DNA of 64,000 nt from Gammaproteobacteria bacterium (lineage in GTDB: Bacteria > Pseudomonadota > Gammaproteobacteria > Eutrophobiales > Eutrophobiaceae): the NCBI GenBank assembly GCA_030835405.1, contig JAURPG010000021.1:4422-68421 (forward strand), read 5' to 3'. Below are positions 1 through 9,406 of the stretch, one piece after another. The number at the start of each line of letters is the position of its first letter. Position 1 is the stretch's first letter. The notes under the pieces are model-generated. The model was not told the DNA's origin. It was given only the letters and a program-made list of their open reading frames with translations, and searched no databases. The position numbers were made by a program, and so were the translations under genes.

Positions 1-605
1 GGGTTGTTTTTTGTTCTGCGTTGCAGGACCTGAATAGTTCGCCTGATTTCATCGTCCCGGCCGATAACTGGATCGAGTTTTCCTTGTTCAGCTCGAGCTG
101 TCAGGTCAATGGTGTATTTTGCGAGCGCCTGTCGATTTTCCTCGTCATTTACATCTAATATATTTTCACCACCCCTGATTTTATCTATGGCTGAATTAAG
201 TTTTTCTTTTGTTATCCCTGCCTGTTTCAGTAATGTACCGAGTTTTCCGTTGTCATCCAGCGCAGCGAGGATGAAGAGTTCACTGGAAATATATTCATCT
301 CCTCTTTGTTGGGAAAATTTATCGGAAAGATTGAGTAGTTTTTCCAGGTCCTTTGAGATATGCATTTCTCCACCGGCCCCCTGGACTTGCGGATAGCTAT
401 TGATTATCCCCTCGAGGTTATTTCTGAAGCCATGGGAATCCGGAATAATACTGGAAATCAGGCTTTTAACTGAGCTGCCATCCTGGTTTAGCATGGCAAG
501 CAGCACATGTGCAGGCTCAATATATTGATGATCTTTACCAGCTGCCAGACTTTGGGCATCGGCGAGGGCTTGCTGAAATTTACTGGTAAATCTTTCCGGT
601 CGCAT
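1..605 (-). CDS. clpB: ATP-dependent chaperone ClpB, N-terminal part (runs off window start)
   Basis: Manual translation from ATG at 605: [31 protein letters not shown]...KYTIDLT...[26 protein letters not shown]; usual position downstream of rluD-pgeF. Confidence 0.95.
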   Translation of the reverse strand, partial: MRPERFTSKFQQALADAQSLAAGKDHQYIEPAHVLLAMLNQDGSSVKSLISSIIPDSHGFRNNLEGIINSYPQVQGAGGEMHISKDLEKLLNLSDKFSQQRGDEYISSELFILAALDDNGKLGTLLKQAGITKEKLNSAIDKIRGGENILDVNDEENRQALAKYTIDLTARAEQGKLDPVIGRDDEIRRTIQVLQRRTKNN

Positions 606-611
606 GATTAA

Positions 612-657
612 TTCCTGATATAAAAAACTCCCACTTTAAATGGGGTTATATCAGGAA
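612..657. repeat. 12-bp perfect inverted repeat with inner CCCA/TGGG stem, overlapping the clpB promoter and RBS
   Basis: TTCCTGATATAA (612-623) ... TTATATCAGGAA (646-657). Confidence 0.85.
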
Positions 658-665
658 ATATCAAG
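637..665 (-). promoter_or_regulatory. Sigma32 (RpoH) promoter of clpB
   Basis: Minus strand CTTGAT-N14-CCCCATTTA matches the CTTGAA-N13-17-CCCCATNT consensus, ~30 nt upstream of the clpB ATG. Confidence 0.8.
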
Positions 666-702
666 GGGTAGACCAGATAGTTTGTGATATAACAATCGCT
701 GC

Positions 703-2120
703 TTAATATACACCAAGATCGATATAAGACCTGGCAATTTTGCTGATGGCAACGACATAGGCGGCTGTACGAAAATCATTTACCTTATCATTTGTTTCCA
801 ATGTGTCCCTTAACTCCTGATAGGCGTTCCTCATGGTATCGTCCAGACCAGATCGTACCAGATCCAGTTCATCTGCCCCTTTTATGATTCCTTTCTGCAT
901 CCAGTCAGGCATATCTTTTTGGGTCATATTTTGAAGTGCAGAGATGTAATGTTGACCCTTAATTTCATCATAGCGTCTTTCCATTCTGCCAAACCGAATA
1001 TGTGAAAGGTTTCGAATCCATTCAAAATAAGACACAGTTACCCCTCCTGCATTAACGTATGCATCAGGAATGATGGTGATATTTCGATTCTTCAATATTT
1101 CATCAGCCTCAAAAGTTATCGGACCATTGGCAGCCTCAACAATCAATTTGGTATTAATTCTTTCCGCATTATCCCCGGTTATTTGTGTTTCCATCGCTGC
1201 AGGAATCAGGATGTCACATTCCATCTCCAGAAGCGCCTTGCCATTTTCAGTAAAACTGGCATCGGGAAAACCCTTGATTGTGTTATTGGCATTGATAAAT
1301 TCCCGCACCCTTTGGATGCTAATGCCCTCTTCATTAATCAATGCACCGTCTTTTTCTATAATGGCAATAATCTTTGCGTCATCTTCTTCATCTAGAAGTT
1401 TTCCAGCATGGTAGCCAACATTACCCAGCCCCTGTATGACAATACGTTTTCCATCAAGTCCTCCATCCATGCCCGCATTTTTTACATCAGAGGCATGCCT
1501 GAAAAATTCCCGCATGGCATATACTACCCCCCTGCCAGTTGCCTCAACCCGGCCACGTATGCCCCCGTGATGTACCGGTTTTCCGGTGACACAGGCGTTG
1601 TAATTAAGGTTTTCCGGATGCAGATGCTTGTAAGTATCGGCTATCCATGCCATTTCTCTTTCTCCGGTTCCCATGTCCGGGGCAGGTACATTTGTAGATG
1701 GACTGATAAAATTCTTACGTATCAATTCCCGGGCAAACCGACGGGTAATTAACTGCAGTTCATCCCGGCTGTATTTTGACGGATCGATTTGCAGACCTCC
1801 TTTTGAGCCGCCAAAGGGCACGTCCACGATGGCACATTTGTAGGTCATCAGCGCCGCGAGGGCTCTTACCTCATCTTGTTCTACAATAGGAGCATATCGA
1901 ATACCTCCTTTGACTGGTAACCTATGTGTACTGTGAGTAGCACGCCAACCGGTAAAGACTTCCAGTTTCCCGTTGAGGTTGACCGGGAATTGTAATTCTA
2001 TTATTGCCTCACAGGCCTTGATGGTAGTGGCGGTGCCAGGGTCCATGTTCAGAACGTTAAAGGCCCTGTCGCCATGTTATCGACACTCTCGCTGAATTTG
2101 ACGATATTCTTATTATTCAT
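703..2120 (-). CDS. gdhA: Glu/Leu/Phe/Val dehydrogenase (glutamate dehydrogenase); apparent 1-nt frameshift near the 5' end
   Basis: KGGIRY, VPFGGSKGG, VPAPDMGT, GLGNVG, EAANGP motifs in ORF 703..2046. Upstream ATG at 2120 with GGGG RBS gives MNNKNIVKFSESVDNM, one base out of frame with DRAFNVLNMDP. Confidence 0.9.
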
Positions 2121-2158
2121 GTATCCCCCAAATGAATTATTACGACTACAAGCATAGA

Positions 2159-2908
2159 CTATTCATCAATCCAGATCATACTTGCCATGCGGCCTGTGAC
2201 ACCATCTCGACGATAAGAATAAAACAGGTCTGCATCTTTATAAGTACAATAAGATGTGTTAAATACACGGTATATGCCATGTTTATTCAGAATGATTTTT
2301 ATCATCAACTCAAGGTTTGCATGCCAGTGGTCCTGGTCTTTTGTGGTAAATCCAGTTTTTAAATCCTTATCTAGATTAACGCATGCGTCGAATACGTCCC
2401 TCCCGACTTCGTAATGATGATCGCGAATATGCGGGCCTATCCAGATTAGCAAGTCTTCAGGGGAGGAACCAAACTGGTGAATTGCATTATCAATGATACC
2501 TGATACCAGGCCTCTCCAGCCCACATGTATTGCTCCGACCTTGTTACCATTCGAATTACATATCAGTAATGGGACACAATCGGCGATGAGAATGGCACAG
2601 GGAACTTGAGGGGTATCAGATATAATGCCGTCTGCTACATTATTTTGATTAAAACCAGTCTTGATAACCCTGGATTTGTGAACCTGGTTTAGCCAGATTG
2701 GTTCGTGTATGAGGCTTAGATTATCTTTTAAATATTTGCGATTTTGTTTTACATCAGATTCTTTGTCACCGACATGTAATGCCAGGTTAAATCCATCATA
2801 TGGCGCAATACTGCAGCCGCCTTTTCTTGTGGTGATCCCTGCCTTGATTCCGGGGGGGGCATCCCATATTGCTGGAATCCAGGATTTAATTTCATTCTGG
2901 GGATTCAT
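2159..2908 (-). CDS. pgeF: Peptidoglycan editing factor PgeF (YfiH, laccase-domain protein)
   Basis: TTRKGG, NLALHVGD, LNQVH, ADCVP, HVGWRG, YSYRR motifs; follows rluD. Confidence 0.92.
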   Translation of the reverse strand: MNPQNEIKSWIPAIWDAPPGIKAGITTRKGGCSIAPYDGFNLALHVGDKESDVKQNRKYLKDNLSLIHEPIWLNQVHKSRVIKTGFNQNNVADGIISDTPQVPCAILIADCVPLLICNSNGNKVGAIHVGWRGLVSGIIDNAIHQFGSSPEDLLIWIGPHIRDHHYEVGRDVFDACVNLDKDLKTGFTTKDQDHWHANLELMIKIILNKHGIYRVFNTSYCTYKDADLFYSYRRDGVTGRMASMIWIDE

Positions 2909-3845
2909 TTCTCAATAATAACAGTAATGATTTCATATCATCTGGCAGGTCAGCAGTCCATGTCATTTGTTTGGATGATTTAGGGTGAGTCAGTTGTAGA
3001 CGCCAGGCATGCAGGGCCTGACGTGGAAATGCTTTCAATTTAGTTACTGTTTCGTTTGACATATCTTTCGGATGCCTGGCTCGCCCACCATATACCGGAT
3101 CGCCCACCACGGGATGATGGATATGTGTCATATGAACCCTGATCTGATGGGTGCGCCCGGATTCCAATTTTGCTAATACGTGAGTAATGTCCTTATATCT
3201 GGCCAATACGCGAACATGAGTAACGGCCGGTTTGCCAGCGTCCACCACAGCCATGCGTGTACGTTTCACCGGGTGTCTGCCAATGGGGGCATCAATGGTA
3301 CGGCCGGCAGTCAACACACCGTGAACAATTGCCTGATACTCTCGCTTTATCTTTCTTTCCTGCAGGTCTCTAACCAGATGGGTATGGGCAGTTAACGATC
3401 TCGTGATAACCATTATGCCTGAGGTATCTTTATCCAGACGTTGAATAATCCCTGCCCTGGGGACAGCTTCAAGCTCTGGAAAATGGTAGAGCAGGGCATT
3501 ATACAAAGTATTGTCAGGGTTGCCGGCACCAGGGTGAACGATTAGGCCGGCCGGTTTGTTCACTATAATAAGATCATTGTCCTCGTAGATAATATTAAGC
3601 GGAATATTCTGACCACTTGCTGCAGTTTCAGACGGCCCGGAATCAACACAAATATGAATTTGTTCCCCCCCCATGAGTTTTTCACGTTGAGACAATTGAC
3701 AGCCATTCACCTTGATGAATCCGGACTTTATCCAGCTTTGTAACCGGCTTCGCGAATAATCAGGTAATAACACAGCAAGCGCCTGATCTAACCTCATTCC
3801 CTGGCAGGATTCCGGTGTCTGTATAATCTGGTCAATTTTTTCCAT
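2892..3845 (-). CDS. rluD: 23S rRNA pseudouridine synthase RluD
   Basis: S4 domain RLDQAL, NKPAGLIVHPG, RLDKDTSG, GRTHQIRVH; divergent from bamD. Confidence 0.95.
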   Translation of the reverse strand: MEKIDQIIQTPESCQGMRLDQALAVLLPDYSRSRLQSWIKSGFIKVNGCQLSQREKLMGGEQIHICVDSGPSETAASGQNIPLNIIYEDNDLIIVNKPAGLIVHPGAGNPDNTLYNALLYHFPELEAVPRAGIIQRLDKDTSGIMVITRSLTAHTHLVRDLQERKIKREYQAIVHGVLTAGRTIDAPIGRHPVKRTRMAVVDAGKPAVTHVRVLARYKDITHVLAKLESGRTHQIRVHMTHIHHPVVGDPVYGGRARHPKDMSNETVTKLKAFPRQALHAWRLQLTHPKSSKQMTWTADLPDDMKSLLLLLRNESPE

Positions 3846-3951
3846 AATCAGGAATAATAATACATATCTGGTAAAATAAGTTTCCGGGAACCTCTATATC
3901 TGTCAGCGGTCCCTTACATTTACAACTAAACCATGTGATATACTCGAGGCC

Positions 3952-4725
3952 ATGCTGAAAATACTATCCACTATTATATTGATTGTTTCCCTGTCCGGGT
4001 GCGCTTTATTTGGTAAAGATGAGGATGAAGCGAATAACTGGACACTTGAAAGGCTTTATTCTGAGGCAAAACGCTCAATGCAACGACAAAATTATAATCG
4101 AGCAATTGAGTTATATGAATTTTTAGAAACCCGATATCCGTTTGGTGTATATGGCCAACAGGCCTTGCTGGACCTTGCCTATGTCTATTATAAAATTGGT
4201 AACCAGGAACAGGCATTATCAACAACTGATCGCTTCATCAGGTTATACCCACAAAATCCGCATGTGGATTATGCCTATTACTTACAGGGGCTGATTAATT
4301 TTAATAGAAATAAAAGTTTAACTGACAGATTTATACGTACCGACCCCTCTCAACGTGATGTATCAAGTGCCTATGCATCATTTCAGAATTTTTCAGAATT
4401 ACTGGAACGGTTTCCCAATAGTCGATATACCGAAGATTCAATTAAACGTATGGTCTATCTGCGCAATGTCCTCGCCCAGAATGAAGTTCATGTTGCGAGC
4501 TATTACTTGCGACGCCGGGCATTTATAGCCGCAATCAATCGTGCCAGGTATGTGGTGGAAAATTATTCCAAAACACCATCTGTCCCTGATGCCCTTGTTA
4601 TCATGGCCAAGGCATATCGCCTAATTGAGTTGGATGATCTTGCAAACGACACCTTGAGAGTTTTAAAAATGAACCACCCGTCACACCCGGGTATCCCCGA
4701 AGTTGAATCTATTGTTCTGAATTAA
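3952..4725 (+). CDS. bamD: Outer membrane protein assembly lipoprotein BamD
   Basis: Lipobox LSGC, TPR repeats, RFIRLYPQNPHVDYAYYL; synteny with rluD. Confidence 0.95.
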   Translation: MLKILSTIILIVSLSGCALFGKDEDEANNWTLERLYSEAKRSMQRQNYNRAIELYEFLETRYPFGVYGQQALLDLAYVYYKIGNQEQALSTTDRFIRLYPQNPHVDYAYYLQGLINFNRNKSLTDRFIRTDPSQRDVSSAYASFQNFSELLERFPNSRYTEDSIKRMVYLRNVLAQNEVHVASYYLRRRAFIAAINRARYVVENYSKTPSVPDALVIMAKAYRLIELDDLANDTLRVLKMNHPSHPGIPEVESIVLN

Positions 4726-4734
4726 TATTTATAT

Positions 4735-6354
4735 CTATGATTCACGATAACCAGAAGTAATGGGATAGCGGCGTTCCTTGCCAAATGCACGTTTGCTTAT
4801 TTTTACCCCAGGCGGTGCCTGTCGACGTTTAAATTCTGATTGATCAACAAGATTGATAACGGGCAGCACGTGATCTTTTGAGTAACCGCTTTCAATGATT
4901 TGTTGGGGACTTTTGTCTTCTTCAATATACATTTTCAGGATTGGATCCAGAATATCATAGGGTGGCAGCGAGTCCTCATCTTTTTGATCATCTCGTAACT
5001 CGGCACTGGGGGGTCTGTCTATTATACGTTGTGGTATCAGCATTTGTTGTTGATTGATATATTTTGCGAGCGCATAGACCTGTAACTTGGGGATATCCTT
5101 TAACGGTGAAAATCCCCCTGCCATATCACCATATAAGGTAGCATACCCAACGGCCATTTCACTTTTGTTTCCCGTTGCGAGTACCAGGCGTCTGGATTTA
5201 TTTGATATGGCCATGAGTATCACCCCTCTGGAACGTGCCTGTATATTTTCTTCTGTTGTATCAGTTGAAGTGTCCTTGAATAAAGGCTCAAGTAGTTCCA
5301 TAAATGCTGAGTAAGGTTTTTCGATGGGGATTATCTTGTGTTCAATCCCCAGGTTCCTTGCCAGTGCTACCGAATCATCGATGCTCATTTTTGCTGTATA
5401 ACGTGATGGCATCATAATCACTTCCACGTTATCTGCCCCCAGGGCATCTACCGCAAGACAGGTTACCAGGGCAGAATCTATTCCTCCGGACAGACCAATG
5501 ACAACGCCATTAAAGCCGTTTTTGTTCACATAGTCTTTGGTAGCCAATACAAGCGCCTGATAAACAGAACTAGAATCAGATGAATCCCGGTTGTCCGTCC
5601 AATCGGCGGTAAAGGAAATTCTGTCATTTTGTTTTTCCAGTGTTAGTGTAAAGATCCCGTCCTTGAACTGGGGGGCGACAGCTTTAATGGACCCATCAGA
5701 ATCTATTATCATTGAGCCTCCATCAAAGACCAATTCATCCTGGCCGCCATTGAGATTGGTATAAATTATCGGTAGCCCTGTTTCTTTATTTCGGGCAGTT
5801 AATACCGCCTCCCGTTCAGAGAGTTTGTTTGCATGAAATGGCGAGGCATTGATATTAATGATTAATTCAGCACCATGCTGCTTTGCCTGTGCGGCTGGCA
5901 TCGGGTCCCAGATATCCTCACATACAGTCAGAGAGGCTTTGATATCTCCCAATTGGATTAAACAAGGTTGCAAACCTGCAGAAAAATATCTAACTTCATC
6001 AAACACGCCATAATTAGGTAAGACCATTTTGTCATAGGTTGCATCTAGTCTGCCGTCTTTTATATAACCACAACTGTTATATATTTTGCCCTCATCCCTT
6101 CTTGGATAACCAAATATGATATTGATATTTTGACAATTAGATTCCAGGTCATCTATAGCCTGTCTTATCTGGTTGTAAAGCTCAGGCCGGTATAACAGGT
6201 CTTCAGGTGGGTATCCCGTCAGCGCGAGCTCGGGGAAAATTAATGTCTCAACATGCAGATTTGATCTCGCAGTTTCTATACAATCGAGTATTAATTGCTT
6301 GTTTTTTTCGATTGCGCCGACATAGGGGTTGATTTGTGCAATGCCAATAATCAT
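4735..6354 (-). CDS. nadE: Glutamine-dependent NAD+ synthetase
   Basis: Nitrilase domain (FPELALTGYPPEDL, CEDIW) plus SGGIDS, ENIQAR, TGNKSE. Confidence 0.95.
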   Translation of the reverse strand: MIIGIAQINPYVGAIEKNKQLILDCIETARSNLHVETLIFPELALTGYPPEDLLYRPELYNQIRQAIDDLESNCQNINIIFGYPRRDEGKIYNSCGYIKDGRLDATYDKMVLPNYGVFDEVRYFSAGLQPCLIQLGDIKASLTVCEDIWDPMPAAQAKQHGAELIININASPFHANKLSEREAVLTARNKETGLPIIYTNLNGGQDELVFDGGSMIIDSDGSIKAVAPQFKDGIFTLTLEKQNDRISFTADWTDNRDSSDSSSVYQALVLATKDYVNKNGFNGVVIGLSGGIDSALVTCLAVDALGADNVEVIMMPSRYTAKMSIDDSVALARNLGIEHKIIPIEKPYSAFMELLEPLFKDTSTDTTEENIQARSRGVILMAISNKSRRLVLATGNKSEMAVGYATLYGDMAGGFSPLKDIPKLQVYALAKYINQQQMLIPQRIIDRPPSAELRDDQKDEDSLPPYDILDPILKMYIEEDKSPQQIIESGYSKDHVLPVINLVDQSEFKRRQAPPGVKISKRAFGKERRYPITSGYRES

Positions 6355-6402
6355 TTAATACAATCCAATCCAGTTAGGTAACACCAGTTTGTGGTACTGA
6401 CG

Positions 6403-9375
6403 TTAGTTTTGCACCTTAATTTGGGCAAGGAGTATTTCATATTCTAATGGAATTTCACCATTGACTATAAAAATTTCAGCCATTTCTTCACGCCAGTAAT
6501 CCAGGGCGTTTTGATGTGCGTCGGTTTTAATTAAACCAATTAAAAACACGGTCTGTAAGTACTTTTTTTGTTCTATATAGTTAAAGTGAAAACCGGAAAG
6601 CAGTGTGGCTGATGCCCTGTTAATTTCATTATAATCTCTATTGAGCATTGCCTTAAACAGGCTTAACCAAGTCAGGTGGGAGTCTATGCCTCGGTTTTCA
6701 TTACAATCTGGTGTGAAGGCATCTAACATTTCGATTATTTGTGATTCGGTAAGATATGGCAATATCGTACTGAATATCAGATACATAGAATCAAGCCAGA
6801 CGGTCTGATTATAATTGGTATCGCAGTTTGCCGCGGCCGCGTTAAGAAAATTGACACTGGCAATTGCCTCAATATTATTTTTATCAAATACCTTGTCTCT
6901 GAAAAAATCGTAAATATTATTTGCAGAATCAATCTGCTCCGTATTAAAGAATTCAGTATTGCTCAGTTTATTGCGACGTCCTGGTAAATCTGGGTATAAA
7001 AGATCCAATATCGGAACGGCGTTTAGACGAAGGTTTAGAATATTTTTTACATCTTGCTTTAGGAACCTTGCCTTGGTGGCATTCTGGTCAAGGTATGGAA
7101 AGAAATCAGAATTTATCGGGATGGATGAATGTGCAATATAGTTATTAAAAATATCTTGATCACCCAAAAAGCGTATAAGAATGTCGTCTATATTGTTAAC
7201 AAATATGGATTCTAGTTGCTTTTTAATTTCTGGCGCTTCCCATATATCCTCTTTTGCCAGCGGAACCGCTCCATCATTACTTGCGACTAATAACAGATTG
7301 CCATCATCTGCGTAATAGATGCTGTAATGTGGAAATTCGCTGGCTATGGCCTTCAGTACAGAGACCAGTAAATCAAGATTGAATTCGTATATATGAATCC
7401 ATTGAACCAGGATACCATCAGTATTCAGATGTGCTTTAACTATACCGTAAAATTCTTGAGTAAAAAGACTGGATACACCACTTACCCAGGGGTTTGATGG
7501 TTCGGAAATAATCACATCATATTTACTTTGATATGTGGAGAAAAAGGTTTTTGCATCTTCTATATGGATGTGACTTCTAGGATCTTTATAGACCCGTTCA
7601 GTTTTCTTGCCATAGAGCTTTGCCCCTTCAACCATGGCAGATTCAATCTCAATGGTATCTATTCGACTGACTTGTGGTGATCCAAGGGCAACATGAGAGG
7701 TTAATCCCGAACCAAGACCAATATTGGCTATTACTTTGGCATCTGGAATTATGGTTAAGGGCAGTGCGCCCAGCAGGGTCATGGTCGACTCATCACTGGA
7801 AGGCGGGGCATCTTCGGCGATTGACATGGCAGCATCAGGTTTTCCATTGGTAATAATAGATAAGCTCACGTCTCTCCAGTTGGTCACACTGACGGAGGCA
7901 GTTTTTCCGTCCTGATGAAAGATAACCTCAGGTCTGAGTTCTGGATCGGACAATCCACCTCGGAATACGCTGGAGGCCATCAGGCTGGTGTCAAACCGGG
8001 TAAACATGGCGACCAGAAAAACAACTATGCCAGCTGCAAATACCGAGTAATCTATAGGGCGAAAAATTTTAATCGAGACGACAGTTTTTAGCAGCAGAAT
8101 ACCGATTATTACATCAATGATCGCACCGCTTAAAATTGTCCCTTTGAGTGATAATAAAGGCATGCCTATGAAAACTGCGAAAATAACTCCAAAGATTGCA
8201 CCAATGGTATTGCTGGAATAAATCTGGCCAATGCATTTTTCACCATGACCTTTCTTAATCAGGATATAAGTAAATAATGGTAAAGTCATTCCGGCACAGA
8301 TGGTCGTCGGTAGCATAATGAGCAGGGCAATAGCATGACTGGTAAGATTAAAAAGCAGGTATCCTTGTTCCGATTCTTTTAATGCTGACATGAAAAAAGA
8401 CTGCAGGTAGAAACTATTGTTATAGAGGACAATGGTGATCAGCGCAAAGCAACCCATAATGATTTGAATCATGGCCGCGAAATAAACCGGGTTCTCCAGC
8501 TTTTCTATTCTTTTTCTCATCCAGAAACCACCAATACCCAGTCCGGTAATAAAGGCGCTCAACATCAATTCGAATGAATGGGTGCTTGCCCCCAAGACCA
8601 TGGATAACATCCTTATCCAGGCGATTTCATAAATAAATGATGCCATGCCAGTGAAAAAAGCCGCGCAGAGAATCAATATGGTCCAATTATTTTTAAGGCT
8701 GTCTCCTGATTTAATCTTTACTTCTGCAGTTTGGTCTTTGGCAATAAAATAAATGCCCATAGAGATAAGGATGTTGATTAAACCGGCTATCATCATGGTG
8801 CCAGGTAACCCGGACTTCGCTATCAGGTAGAAAGCGCTGAACAATACTGCAACTGCAGCGCCAATGCTGTTTGCGAAATATAAGAAAGAAATAGAATGTC
8901 CCGGTGTGCCTGGATATTTCCTGATAAACCCACCGCTCATCAAAGGGAAGGTTGTTCCCAGTAATATTGATTGAGGGAGTATCAATAGCGATGCAATAAA
9001 GATTTTGTAAACATACACCAGTCCTGAAGAACCAATTTCAGGGATGATAGCATTAAATGAAATATCGTAAGTATAGGTATAAATGGTATGAAACAAGAGT
9101 CCAATTATTCCAATAATACCTTCAATCAGTGCATAGCCCATCAGCAAATTTTTGATTTTGTTCACGTAATGACTTATGAGCCATGCACCCAGCGCCATGC
9201 CACCCATGAAAATTATTAATACCAGGCTTTGAGCATAGGCGGCGTGTCCGAGGAATTGTTTAAGGTAATGCGACCATACCGACTCGTAAATAAGCCCTGT
9301 CGCACCTGAAAAGGTAAATACTAACAATAATATTTTTTTTTGGCTGTTCTGGTAATCCATCGTACCGATATTCAT
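6403..9375 (-). CDS. Fused MFS-like membrane domain / spermidine-synthase-like SAM-dependent transferase, paralog 2
   Basis: ~13 TM helices with an internal repeat (GLIYESVW / SFIYEIAW), then NGKPDA, IGLGSG, IEIE, EDA, DVIISEPSNPW. Confidence 0.85.
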   Translation of the reverse strand: MNIGTMDYQNSQKKILLLVFTFSGATGLIYESVWSHYLKQFLGHAAYAQSLVLIIFMGGMALGAWLISHYVNKIKNLLMGYALIEGIIGIIGLLFHTIYTYTYDISFNAIIPEIGSSGLVYVYKIFIASLLILPQSILLGTTFPLMSGGFIRKYPGTPGHSISFLYFANSIGAAVAVLFSAFYLIAKSGLPGTMMIAGLINILISMGIYFIAKDQTAEVKIKSGDSLKNNWTILILCAAFFTGMASFIYEIAWIRMLSMVLGASTHSFELMLSAFITGLGIGGFWMRKRIEKLENPVYFAAMIQIIMGCFALITIVLYNNSFYLQSFFMSALKESEQGYLLFNLTSHAIALLIMLPTTICAGMTLPLFTYILIKKGHGEKCIGQIYSSNTIGAIFGVIFAVFIGMPLLSLKGTILSGAIIDVIIGILLLKTVVSIKIFRPIDYSVFAAGIVVFLVAMFTRFDTSLMASSVFRGGLSDPELRPEVIFHQDGKTASVSVTNWRDVSLSIITNGKPDAAMSIAEDAPPSSDESTMTLLGALPLTIIPDAKVIANIGLGSGLTSHVALGSPQVSRIDTIEIESAMVEGAKLYGKKTERVYKDPRSHIHIEDAKTFFSTYQSKYDVIISEPSNPWVSGVSSLFTQEFYGIVKAHLNTDGILVQWIHIYEFNLDLLVSVLKAIASEFPHYSIYYADDGNLLLVASNDGAVPLAKEDIWEAPEIKKQLESIFVNNIDDILIRFLGDQDIFNNYIAHSSIPINSDFFPYLDQNATKARFLKQDVKNILNLRLNAVPILDLLYPDLPGRRNKLSNTEFFNTEQIDSANNIYDFFRDKVFDKNNIEAIASVNFLNAAAANCDTNYNQTVWLDSMYLIFSTILPYLTESQIIEMLDAFTPDCNENRGIDSHLTWLSLFKAMLNRDYNEINRASATLLSGFHFNYIEQKKYLQTVFLIGLIKTDAHQNALDYWREEMAEIFIVNGEIPLEYEILLAQIKVQN

Positions 9376-9406
9376 TTCATGGGTATAATGATTAAAAACT
9401 TAGATA

